Assembly: GCA_951406725.2 (NCBI GenBank)
Contig: OX597820.1
Location: 37,200,001-37,264,000 of the forward strand
Length of the DNA stretch: 64,000 bases
Source: Octopus vulgaris
Taxonomy: Eukaryota
Reading direction: 5' to 3'
Made by a program: the position numbers and the translations under genes. Shown here piece by piece: positions 49,234 through 60,700 of the stretch (its first letter is position 1; each line of letters opens with the position of its first letter). Under the pieces are notes generated by a model. The model had not been told where the DNA came from and made no database searches. It saw nothing but the letters and a program-made list of their open reading frames with translations.

Positions 49234-50296
49234 CCCTTTCGTTACCAAACCGCCCAAAGCCGCCCGAAAAAAATTTTGGTTAATGTGACCAAACCGCCCG
49301 AATTTACCTATTCATATTTAAATGAGAATATCAGAGCAAATCTCTTTAGTACATTCGTGAAAACACGTATTATACTTCGTAAACAGTTCAACTACAGTTT
49401 TGTACAATAATCGAAGTGTAATTTTAATTCCGTGAATTTTGAGAGATTTTTTTCCGAATTTGTGTTTTCAAAATTTGTAATTCTGACAAAAAATGGATAC
49501 GAATTTCATTATATCAAGCAGCGAGTCAGAATTCGAAGGATTTTCTACTGAAGACCTTCATAAATCTAACTCTATGACTGAAAAAAAAAAGCACATGGTA
49601 TTTGATAATGAATCTGATGTTTCATTTTCCGAAAGTGAAAACAGTGAATCCGAGAGCTCCGACAGCGATAAAGAAAACGAATTGGCACCTGAATGGAGTG
49701 AAAATTTAAAAACTGTTTCTTTCGGTGATTTTTCTGAAGAAACTGGACCAAGCCACAGACTTTCCCAGAGGAGTAAAGCCTTAGACTATTTCTTTTTACT
49801 TTTTCGAATGAGCCTATTTGAAATCATTACGGCGAAAACGAACCGTCACGCTAAACGTAAACAAAGCGAAAGAAACGATAGTTTGTGGTTTCCCATAACC
49901 TTAAATGAAATTAAGACTATTTTGCCGTAAATATTATTATGGGTATCAGAAAGTTACCCAGAATAATAAATTCTATCGTAAAATTTTGTTGTATACCCAA
50001 TTGAATATTAGCTAATAACCCATTTTCTATAGCGATGTTTGAACAAAATTTTAATTTTATATTTTGTTGAATTTACCTGTATCTACCTGCAATTAGAGTC
50101 ACTTTGTGACAAAAATTATAGTATAGAATTGGTTGAGAATATTTCATTAAATTATCTTCCAAAAATCAGATTAATATATTGATAAATAAAAAAGTTATAG
50201 TTGTTTAATGAAACCAGACTAAATTTATGATTACGTTAGAAATTAATTGAAACACATAAGGGGTGTATTTTGGTCAGAAATATAGTAACGAAAGGG
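49234..50296 (+). mobile_element. Internally deleted piggyBac element (1063 bp) with N-terminal transposase ORF 49493..49930
   Basis: TTAA|CCCTTTCGTTAC ... GTAACGAAAGGG|TTAA; acidic N-terminus followed by ALDYFFLLF..EII..TNRHA..W.PITLNEIK. Confidence 0.9.
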
Positions 50297-50786
50297 TTAA
50301 TACCAGACTAAATACTAAAGCTGATATAACTGACAAAAAACTCTTAGAAGCAGTGTCCCAGTACAGCCAGTCCAATAATTCAAACGACTAAAGGAATTCA
50401 TTATGTTTTTCTGCAAGAAATTCACAGCCAGGTATAAAAAGGGTTCCCTAACCTGATCTAGTTGCACACAGAAGTTAACAGTAGCAGCAATAAAATGTTC
50501 AAGAAAATTGTAGTTTGAAATCTCAGTCATAAAGACATGTAATATGATCTTAGATAAAATGCCCGAATAGAATTAGTGATATTAAAGTGTTGAGAATGAC
50601 AATGATTGTGGTGTAGTAAAATACATAACATTGATATAAATAAACAGATTTATTTATTATAAAATATATTATTACTTTAAAAAAATATGGCACCACATAT
50701 CATATAGCTTTGGATTATCTTCAGTGTGGATATGTTAGCATTTAGTTGAATAACTTTTAGAAAATGTTTTCAAAGATATCACAGTG

Positions 50787-51869
50787 CTACGATGGTCTTG
50801 CTCCTGTGTGAATACGTATGTGGGAAGACAAACGACCCCTTGAAGAAAATGTTTCATCACAGATATCACAGTGGTATGGTTTTTCTCCAGTGTGGACACG
50901 TTTATGTCGAGTTAAATTACGATTTGTAGAAAAGGATTTACCACAAATATCACAATGGTATGGTCTCTCTCCTGTATGAATAGGTTTATGTTGAGATAAA
51001 CTAGCATTCTGAGTAAATGTTTTACCACAGATATCACAATGGTAGGGTCTTTCTCCTGTGTGTGTACGTTTGTGGGTAGACAAATGACTACTTGTAGAAA
51101 ATTTTTTATCACAAATATCACACTGGTATGGTTTCTCACCAGTGTGAATACGTTTATGTTTAGATAAACCACTGCTTCGAGAAAATGTTGTACCACAGAT
51201 ATCACAGTGGTATAGTCGTCCTCCTAGGTGAATATGTTTATGCAAAGACAAATCAGCACTTTTGGAAAATATCTTACCACAGATATCACAATGGTATGGC
51301 CTTCCTCCTGTGTGAATATGCTTGTGAGAAGACAAAGCATCCCTCCTAGAAAATGTTTTACCACAATGAACACACTGGTATGGACTTTCGCCAGTGTGGA
51401 TACGTTTGTGGTTATTCAAATGACCACTTCTAGAAAATGTTTCACCGCAGACCTCACAGTGAAATGGTCTTTCTCCTGTGTGGATAAATTTGTGAAAAGA
51501 CAACTGACCACTTCTAGAAAATGTTTTACCACAGATATCACATTGATGTGGTCTTTTCCCAATTTGAATACAAACATGGGAAGACAAATGGTCTTTTGTA
51601 GAAAATGTTTCATCACAGATATAACACTGGTATAGTTTCTCTACTGTGTGCATTTGTTTGTGGTTTGTTAGTAAACTGTTGCTGCTGAATCTTTTTCCAC
51701 AAACCTCACATTGGTTCAGCTGGGATACTGAGTGGATTAATTTATGTTGAATTAAATTCGTTTTTGTGTATAATTTTCCACATATATCACATGGGTGTAA
51801 TTCCTCTTCTGTATTTTCCTGTGTATCAGTAGATGAATCAACAGTTACTCGTTCTGCTTTCTTAGCCAT
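50787..51869 (-). CDS. C2H2 zinc-finger protein, paralog 5 (ZNF5; most diverged, inverted; N-terminal finger retains both Cys)
   Basis: 360-aa ORF with the same finger order (RSGQ, RSGH ... RGRLSS) and leader ENTEE. N-terminal finger reads CDICGKLYTKTNLIQHKLIH. Confidence 0.95.
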   Translation of the reverse strand: MAKKAERVTVDSSTDTQENTEEELHPCDICGKLYTKTNLIQHKLIHSVSQLNQCEVCGKRFSSNSLLTNHKQMHTVEKLYQCYICDETFSTKDHLSSHVCIQIGKRPHQCDICGKTFSRSGQLSFHKFIHTGERPFHCEVCGETFSRSGHLNNHKRIHTGESPYQCVHCGKTFSRRDALSSHKHIHTGGRPYHCDICGKIFSKSADLSLHKHIHLGGRLYHCDICGTTFSRSSGLSKHKRIHTGEKPYQCDICDKKFSTSSHLSTHKRTHTGERPYHCDICGKTFTQNASLSQHKPIHTGERPYHCDICGKSFSTNRNLTRHKRVHTGEKPYHCDICDETFSSRGRLSSHIRIHTGARPS

Positions 51870-52159
51870 AACTATATTTTAGTCTATATTTTCCTGTTTG
51901 CTGGTATTTCCTAAGCACTGATGATGTTTTGGCTAGTCAGAAAAAAAAAACAACTTCAAATGGTTTTATAGAGATAAAATTTTGTAATTAATACCCAACT
52001 AAAAGATCATTATAATCATTATAATAGTTCCAATTATCGAATGCTTTGAATATCTTACTGGTTTAATTGTACAGAAAATATTCCCGTAAACATTGGTGTA
52101 TTTTTGCAAATAGTTTCATTTTCAAGGAAATACTGGACCAAGAGTTGTAAGAGGCTGAC

Positions 52160-52256
52160 TTCAGCTTGATGAAATTACATCTAGTCTTCAAAGGTTGATT
52201 AAGATGTAGATAATTTTCAATTAAATTTTTTTTTAATCACAGTGTCATCAGATAAC
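52160..52256 (-). other. Predicted non-coding exon 2 of ZNF5 (coding exon starts about 51932)
   Basis: Minus strand TTTCAG|GTTATCTGATGAC acceptor; donor GTCAGC at 52159; TTTTCTGACTAG|CCAAAACATC acceptor. Confidence 0.55.
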
Positions 52257-53334
52257 CTGAAATAAAAAGACAACATAAGACATAAGGATCCACACAATGT
52301 TAACATGAACAATATTGGAGAGAGAAAGCTTTACCATAGTGTGAATGAAGACACACTTGGACACTATGTTGAGCTGTAGAGAATAGCTATAGTTATATAT
52401 TCTACCTACTACAAGCAAATAATATCTACAATGGTAGATGCACAATAAGGTACTATGCTTAGCCCAACTTTAGTTCTCTCTTTATCCAGATATATCTCAA
52501 TCAATTCTTGAAGATAAAATTTGTCTTATATTAGACCTAACCTTTTACTTGCTTCAGTTATTGGATTGCGACCATGCTGGGCACTGCCTTGAAGGTTTTT
52601 AGTTGAATGAATTGACCCCCAATACCTTTTTTATTAAGCTTGGTACTTATGCTGTCAGTCTTATGCAAAACTGCTAAGTTATACAGATATAAACAAACTA
52701 ACACCAGATGTCAAGTGGTGCAGGGGGAAAAATACATATATTATATTCAGACGGGAACTGAAACAAACTCATCATATATATGATGGGCTTCCTTCAGTTT
52801 CTATCAATCAAATCCACTCACAAGTCTTTGGTTGGCTATAGAATATACTTACCCATGGTGCCATGCAGTGGGACTGACCCAGAAGTATGTGGTTGGGAAA
52901 TAAGCTTACCAAATAACCACTTCTGTGCCTATAAGAGTTCAAACATGAAAAGGTGACACTATATTTACCAACTATTAAAGTCTTGTCACAGACTCCTATG
53001 AAAAACTGTTCAGATATTATTCAATACTTTCATTTAAAAAGTATTGAATAATTAAAGTATCATCCAACTGCATTTCAACACTATAGTAACCTAGCTCATC
53101 ATCAATGTGATAACTTCTATGACAGCTTATCTCCAAAATACTAATACCAGTGAATACCATCCACACACAATCAACACCAATAAGCCCTTCACAAGAGATC
53201 ACAAGTGTTTCAACTATCCATAACATCAACTGTATTATTTCTGCATTACTATTAACCTCATTACATTTGCAAGACATGGTTCTAGATATGACATTATGTA
53301 CTTGCTGAAACTCAATTACATTATCCCAATCGAT

Positions 53335-53968
53335 ATTATTGCATTGAGTCAAAAGTTTAGCAATGCTTTGGTAACTTGTTTCTTTTATTCAAGTTACAAC
53401 AAAAGCAGCATTCAAAATAGTTGCATGTCTGAAGCCATCTTTGTGCTAGTTCTTAGATCCCATGCTAATACTAGTTCCTACCCTTTGAGGTGAAGTAATT
53501 CTTCACTGAAGCTTCCAACTCCTCTTGTTAGATGAGCGCAGGAAGTGAGCAATGGATCAGAACAAGTAATAATCTGATGGAGATATTTTCCACAATCCTA
53601 TCATGTATAAGCAGTGGTTAAACAAAGGCCAGCTCCTGGAACCTATTGCCAAACACAGGCGTTTTGAACTATTGGTTCCAACCCGTACTCTGAATAACTG
53701 GAGTCATTGTGTGGAAAAATACCTGGTATTGGTTAACAGAAAGCGAGCGCTTCTGCAGCAACACCTTGTATCGCTGGAAAGGCCCAAAATAAACTCCAGG
53801 AACTTGAACGCACTGAACTGATGCCACACTCAGCATATAGTCCGAACTTAACTCCCTCAGATTATTATTTTCAGTGAAGGAATCCTCTTCGAAGGATCAA
53901 AGAACTGGCAGAAAAATAAAGCAAACAAGTTACCAAAACATTGCAAAACTCATGACTCAACATAATAA
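53335..53968 (+). mobile_element. Deleted mariner element in ZNF5 intron 1
   Basis: About 50-bp imperfect TIRs (TTGAGTCA..TTTGGTAACTTGTTT); relic motifs LVNRKRALLQ and PHSAYSPNLTPSDYYF (YSPDLAPSD). Confidence 0.8.
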
Positions 53969-54220
53969 CACAATAATTGTCAATATGAAATCCAAAGGTG
54001 TAATTAAAAATAAATATTAAAGACGTTTACGTTTATCGAATAATATTTGAGCATATTTGATAACGGCGAACTTGGTACTCGTCTGGTACTTTATTTTATC
54101 GACTCCAGAAGAATGAATGACAACGTTGACTTCGATGGGATATCAATTCTGAACGCAATCTTTACTTTCCAATGATTATGCAATCATAAATGACTAGAAA
54201 TATATAGTAATAAACGTCTT

Positions 54221-54912
54221 GGCGCTTGTTTAGAAGCGCAGCTAAGAAAATGACGCCTAATTTCTAAAAAATAAAAAAAATGAAAATGAGAAATATATCC
54301 AAAATAAATGAAGTGTGCAAAAAAATTAGGAAGATTCATCTATTTTTAAATATTTTATACTAAAAAAGAAAACACAGAAAACAGGCACTCGCGAATATAA
54401 ACAAACATGTCAGACGCTGTATAAGATATTATTAATGATACGAGGGGCCCAACAATAACGTTTGCAAATTCTTGATTGTTTTATATCAGATTTATTTTAC
54501 TGCGCACACTGGTTAGGGTTAGGTGGTGTGGACTCGCTTTACCTTCGCCCATTTTATGATGTGATATTTCCCATTCAGGCACAAAATTTGACATAGTAGT
54601 ATATATTAATTATAAACTGACTTTTAAGAAAAAGATTGTGAAACGGTCTTCTTATAATTGGCAGACGATATTGTCGGGCCCCTTGTATCATTAATAATAT
54701 CTGACTGGTAAAAGTTATCGTCCGACATGTTTGTTTATATTCGCGAGTGCCTGTTTTCCGTATATTATTTTTTAGTATAAAATATTTAAAAATAGATGAA
54801 TCTTCCAAATTTTTTGCATGCTTCATTTATTTTGGATATATTTCCCATTTTCGTAACTTTTTAAACAAGTAAGCGTCATTTTCTTGGAGAGGTGCACTTC
54901 TAAAGAAGCGCC
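54221..54912. mobile_element. Fold-back MITE (Merlin-type ends) in ZNF5 intron 1
   Basis: GGCGCTT..TTAGAAG TIR with arms of about 240 bp; 8-bp TSD AACGTCTT/AAAGTCTT; GGTTAGGGTTAGG in the loop. Confidence 0.85.
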
Positions 54913-54964
54913 AAAGTCTTAGAGAACAGGGAAGTATTTAAATGAAAAAAAAAACAAAAAAACT

Positions 54965-55484
54965 GGCAAGACGTCCTTTTGACCCCCCTCCCCTTTTTAA
55001 ATTAATTTTTTTTTTCTACACGCACCTCCGTTTGGGCTACGGAGAATACGAATCTGCAAAAAGCAAAAATCGGCATTTTGAAATTACCTCCCCACTAAAT
55101 TCTTCATTTTAAACTTTTTTCCGAAATGTTTTCAAAATATGCGACAAAATACGGAGATTATGATTCTGACAAAAATTTCCAAAAATTTTTGTAATTTTTT
55201 TTTTTTGTCAAAATATACGGAAAAATAAAGAGATTATGATTCTGAAGAAAAAATTCCAAAAATTTGTGGTTAGGTTTAGAGTTATGGTTTTAGGGTTAAA
55301 GTTACGGGAAAAAAAGTGGAAAATGAAGAAATTGAGGTGGAGAGGCAAAAATTTCAAAATTCTGATTTTTGGGAATCTCTGTATCTGAAAAGGTGGGTTT
55401 TTGGCAAAAAAAATAAATAAATAAATAAAATTTTAAAAAACGATAATTTACGAGAAAATGGGGGGTGGGGAAGGAAGTCTTTCC
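54965..55484. mobile_element. MITE related to 14337-15268
   Basis: GGCAAGACGTCC / GGAAGTCTTTCC ends; A-rich TSD AAAAAACT; TACGGAGATTATGATTCTG internal repeats. Confidence 0.75.
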
Positions 55485-56232
55485 AAAAAAACTTTCACTT
55501 TCTGCAATTAGTGTCGTTTCTTAAAAGTCCACCTCTTCTATTCATATCTTGTCAAGCAAATAAGTGACTTTTCTTTAAAGTGTATAAATCAAACACTTTA
55601 TAGCGATTTACGTCGTATAATATTTTATCATGTGACTATTAAAATAATCCATTAAAACAAAAAAAAAATTTTTTTCTGTTAAAATAAAAATCAGTAACAG
55701 AAGCTCTGCATTGACCATTCTTTCTTTGCAAAGTATGCGAGCATCCATGCGAGTAACCAGCGATTAAAATTCATATTGACCACCTGAGCAAATGCACACA
55801 ATTTTTAAGTGCGTATTTTTATGATCTTATTAATGAGATCATACGATGCGTTTCTTCAATGAAAGATTTGATAGCATCTTGAAAACCTTATGCGTGCACA
55901 TATTCCCAGTTCGTGTGCTAGTTGTAAAATTGTGTGTGCGCACACGCTCACAGCTGAGCAGGAACATTGGAGTAGGCAATTCGCAGAGGAATACGAAATA
56001 ATTACATGGGGCATTAAAGAATAACAGAGATCATAAATAATAGAGAGGATCAAAGAATTTGAAAAATATAAAATACATTTCCTGTTAACTTGATTAACTA
56101 CATAGTGGCTGCGTAGAACTAAATGAAAGCGGGATCTTGCATGGAACAAAAATAGCGTAGGTGAAGAAGAAATGTAAATAATTAGAGATTTTGTATAAAA
56201 GAATGAGTAAAACCTATATGAATGATACTTAC

Positions 56233-56520
56233 ATAACAATGTAGATAAAATAATAAGAGATGTACTGAAGCACTGAGACTTGAAATTGATGGGGACATTG
56301 ATAAATTGAGCGGAACTTACACCTACTTCTTATAGTACATCTCTATTTTATTCTCGTGATTGATGAATGAAATCTTAAGTAAATTATACAAGTTAATTAA
56401 TCATCACTGACATTGTAAATATATGTAAACAAAAAAGAATACATCTACATTGTTTATAGGTTTAGCGAGTGATATACCGGAAGTATAATTTAGAAGAACG
56501 TACTTCTAATCACTAAAGAG
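56233..56520 (-). promoter_or_regulatory. Putative promoter and exon 1 of ZNF5
   Basis: ACCGGAAGT at 56476-56484. Minus-strand CTACATTGTTAT|GTAAGTATCAT donor at 56232 matches the other paralogs. Confidence 0.55.
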
Positions 56521-58179
56521 CTCAGTTACCAGTGAATTAATTTGTTTTTAGAAAATTTACTTTTTTCATTGTATCTGGGGAGAGTCATTTTCTTTTTGTG
56601 GCAGATATACGAATGAATGTAAACTCAATTTGTTTGTATATGGATATAATGCAATGGTAACTAAAATGGGGAGGGGGTTGCATACTTCGTGGGCGCAATT
56701 ACATGACAAATGAGTATTAAGGTTCTTACGAGCTAAGTCATTTTTTTTTGTACTATAAACCGCTACTCGTTAGCATGTCAACTCGGCAATGTTCCATAAT
56801 TCAGAGTTAATATAAAGATCTTTATCCGTTAAAAAAAAAACACAGTTAACAACTGTGTAGAAAACGATGGGCTAATGCAGTTTCGCACCTCTCTTTGGAA
56901 AATGCACTTTTTTGAAAAAAATTCCGAATTTGTACGTTTTAGATGTCGGAGATTAGTAATATGCAAAAGAAAACTTAATTGAAATCATAATCTACTACAA
57001 AATGCATCTCTGGAAAACTTCGTTAATATACAATGCATTTTCCAGAAAGTTATGAGGAAACAAAATCGGAGTTGGGGTAGGGACAAATCTGTTGGAATAC
57101 TGGGCCCCTGATTGGATCATAAAGTAGGGTAGACATTTTACACTTATTTTTTAAATTTACGGTAGAATAGTTTTGAGGACAAGGAATCCCTACCTAGCCA
57201 TTTAGTCATTCTTAATTTGGAAAATGGGTATCAGCCAAGAAGTTGCAGTCTTATGAAGATTTCAAGCACATCATTTTATATGCCTTTTTTGTCATACTGC
57301 CAAGTTAGCGTTTACAGAAAATAAGCTGATGTAGTGGCTACCGTAAAATAATAGTTTTTCTGTGAATGACAGCAGTTACATTTGCCAGATGCCTTTGCTA
57401 AGCAGAATAATAATGTCTTTGCCACTTGACCCTTCTAACCTCTTCTAGATCACCAAAAGCTAGAATAGAGATAACAGCCTCCTCTGAAATCTATTCTCTG
57501 GTTGGTTTTGGATAGTTATAAAAACAAGAACTCTGTAAGCCAAAGTCAGTTAGTGAGAGCGACTGACAAGCTCAAGCGAAATATTGTCTCGACTGAAGTA
57601 ACTTCACAGAGTGACAACTATGGAATTAGAAACTGAATCGTCACATAACTCTCATTTTCACTGACTCACTTTCTTTTCTCTGTTTAATTACTATATCTCT
57701 CTCTATATATATACTACTATGAGATCATGTACAAATATACAGACCGAAATTAACTCTTTTTTTCGTCGCATGCTTTTCCATTTACTAATTATACATACCA
57801 ATCCATTGTGGTTTTGGATATAAACAAAGTAACGGTAAATAAATATCTCTTTACAACTTCAATTGCCGTTCATCTTTCACATCCTACAACATGCTGTTGC
57901 AATAAATCTTTACCGTTACACTGGTACAAAATGGGAAAGGTCATACAATAGGAGAAACCAGGTTGTTTCCAAGCCCTATGACATTCCCATGTACTTCAAA
58001 CAATCTATTATTTCAATGGATTGAAATTAACTTAAAGGATAAAGAAACCTTACAAAAACTTAAGAGAAGAAACAAAACTTCTTTTTTGAGCTACTTATCA
58101 CATTTATTTTTACAATATGGAATCATAACAACTGCCGAGAACAAGTCCATGATCTAACACTTTCATAAGTATATAGATT

Positions 58180-60700
58180 TGAAAGTTCAAGAACAACACT
58201 AAGAACGTAAAACTCGTCGTCACAATCTCCATCTCTGGGAACACACTTCGGACAGACTGATCACACAAATTGCAAATAATCCACTTTTCTCCTTTGTACG
58301 TTGCCCACTTACAATGACAAATCACAAAAGATATATCATCATCTTCATCACCACTAAGTCCTCATTTTTGTACATTAGTCTTTTCTTAGCTTTTGATGGT
58401 GCTAGTGCATTTTTTTTTTTTGATAACTCTTTCTTCAGCTTCTTTTCTCAGTCGATCTGACACGTCATTTGATGTTAAAACTTTTAGTTGGATAGGTGTC
58501 TGAAACGTCAGGTGTCATCATTTTAGAAGGATAGATGAGTTGATGTATTCCACGTCGGGTCACTATTTTAGATACTGGTAGTGATGTATTAACATCTGGT
58601 CACCATTTTAGAAGTATAGTCCTGTTCCATGTCGGAGTCATCATTTTAGATGGATAGGTTGTGGAACCAACTATTGTGATTCTACTCAGAAGGCTGTAAT
58701 ATCATTTGACAGGAACACATCATAAAGAAATACATGGAACAAGGTGGTAACTTTAAATACCTTTAATGTGAGTGACACGTATGTGTACAACCTGAATGAT
58801 AAATGGAAATGTTTGATGAACATTTATTCATATATCTACATGGGTTGTATGTTTGCTGTTAACCATGCTGAGGTAGCTCACGAACAGCGTTGTTAGAACC
58901 TGTGCAGTGTAGAGATGTTGCTGATGACGTTGATGAGAGACATGATGGTGGTGACGAAGATAGAGGTCGCTGTAATGCTATTGGACAGGTGTTGTCTGGT
59001 GTCGTCGATGGAACTGGCTGTGATGTATGTGGTCAGTGGTTAGACCTTAGAAGGTCTAAAACCAACAGACCTTGAGACAAGGAGGGGGTGAGTTTTTATA
59101 GCTAACGGTATACCTATGATGGAGTTTAGAACAGACTGTCTCACGTGATTTATTTGGAGGCTGCATATTGGCGCGCAATAGAGTAAGAGACAAATTGCAC
59201 CAATACCAACCAATCAGAGTGGTGGACACAACGGGGTCCAAACAGCGGCCAAAGGTTAGCTGTTACCTGCTACATTCGTACGTATGTATATATATTGGAG
59301 AGAGGAAGTTCACTAGAGTTTGTTACAAACTTTTTAGTGAAGAGATACTAATATAAAATCTGACTTTTTATAACAGTGGTAGTATAATACCTTGTAATGA
59401 AATAATAGAAAACTTCAGAAGGTTTAACAGAACAATAATAATTCATTATAAGAGGAAGTGACAATAGCATTAAATCCAGGTTTGCTTGCCAGTATAGAGG
59501 TATAGGATTCAGAGATATGGTCTAACAGTGTCCTAAGTAAACAGAAGAAAAGTTTGAGCTCCTTGATATAGATTCACAATTACCGATGTATGCAGCATCT
59601 TAAACATGTAAGATTTACGGTTACTGTATATTGGAAAATGTGAACATGACTGTTCAAACAGTCCATAAATAGTTATTTAGTTCCAGAGTGTTTCTCCATT
59701 AAGTGTTCTCCACGTGGTGAAGTTGAGTTCCGATAGCGACATGACACTGTCTAACTTCTTTGCCAGGCACCTTCCATTGATTTAAACATACCTACATCGA
59801 ACGGCTGGCGGGCATGACTTGAGCTTGGTGGGGCGCATATTTATATTGTCATTTTTTAATAGCAACTTCAATAGTCCAGTACGTCAAATATGAACCAAGG
59901 CCATTAAAAATCAATAATACAAGCTTTGTTTTATCGGCTTAACAAATAAGTTTGTTATCCAGGACTCAAACCGAATCTGATATCCAAACATTGTTATTCA
60001 CTGCACACTTACAATCATCAAGACCATTTTTAGTTCAATTCTCATAATTTTTTTCTTTGCATAGTACTAGAGGGGGTAAGTATTCAATACTTACAGAAGC
60101 ACAAAATAGTACAGTGTACATAGCCTTTCTACTGTTATGAGTGAGCAGGTAAGCATCTTTTGCCGATATCTGAAAAAAGTTTATGTTCCGTAGGGACGGT
60201 GCTGAATCCAGTTTCATCTTCACTAAAAATTATTTCTGCAACATTTTCATCATTAAGTATTCTAGATTCTTTGAAAAATGAGTCATGAGTGGTTTTATTT
60301 AAATTTGAGGCTTATGCTTTTGTCGACACTTTTGACTTTTTTAAATACAAATTCTGTGTTCCCAGCCTCTCTTAAACGATATCTGCCTTTCTGCACTAAG
60401 CACATTGTCTTTCAAGTGTGTTTTTGTTTCTGAGCTGTCAAGATATGTCATTTTTATAATCTGTATGTCCTGATTTCCACATAGCCAACCCATTCTTGAG
60501 TACTGTTCAAGAGCAATTATAACATCTTCTTCATCAGATAAAGACAGTTTAGTTTCAAATCTACTATTTCCAATACGTCCTGGCAGAGAGTTTACCCATC
60601 ACTGCAGGGTTTCTTGTAGAATATTGAGGTCTTTTGGTGGTTTTTCTGATTGATCAATCTTCAGTTTCTGTCTTTAGTTTGGCAACATCAAAAGTAGATT
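58180..60700 (-). mobile_element. pogo/Tigger-like (DDE_1) transposon relic
   Basis: Minus fragments TVLFCAS..EYLPPLVL and APPSSSHARQPFDVGMFKSMEGAW; C-terminal PHD-like WIICNLCDQ. Boundaries uncertain. Confidence 0.65.
58768..59274 (-). mobile_element. Possible solo LTR inserted in the pogo relic
   Basis: Minus strand begins TGTAGCAGG, with a CCAAT box near 59210, TATAAAAA near 59093-59100 and AATAAA near 58823. No TSD found. Confidence 0.45.

Noticed and set aside
50787-50789. Editing or readthrough of ZNF stop codons to extend the array
   Set aside because: The downstream relic fingers contain further stops, frameshifts and lost ligands.
58505-58660. About 40-bp degenerate repeats (GTCA(C/T)CATTTTAGA)
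   Set aside because: They lie within the low-complexity linker of the pogo-like relic; no evidence of an independent function.
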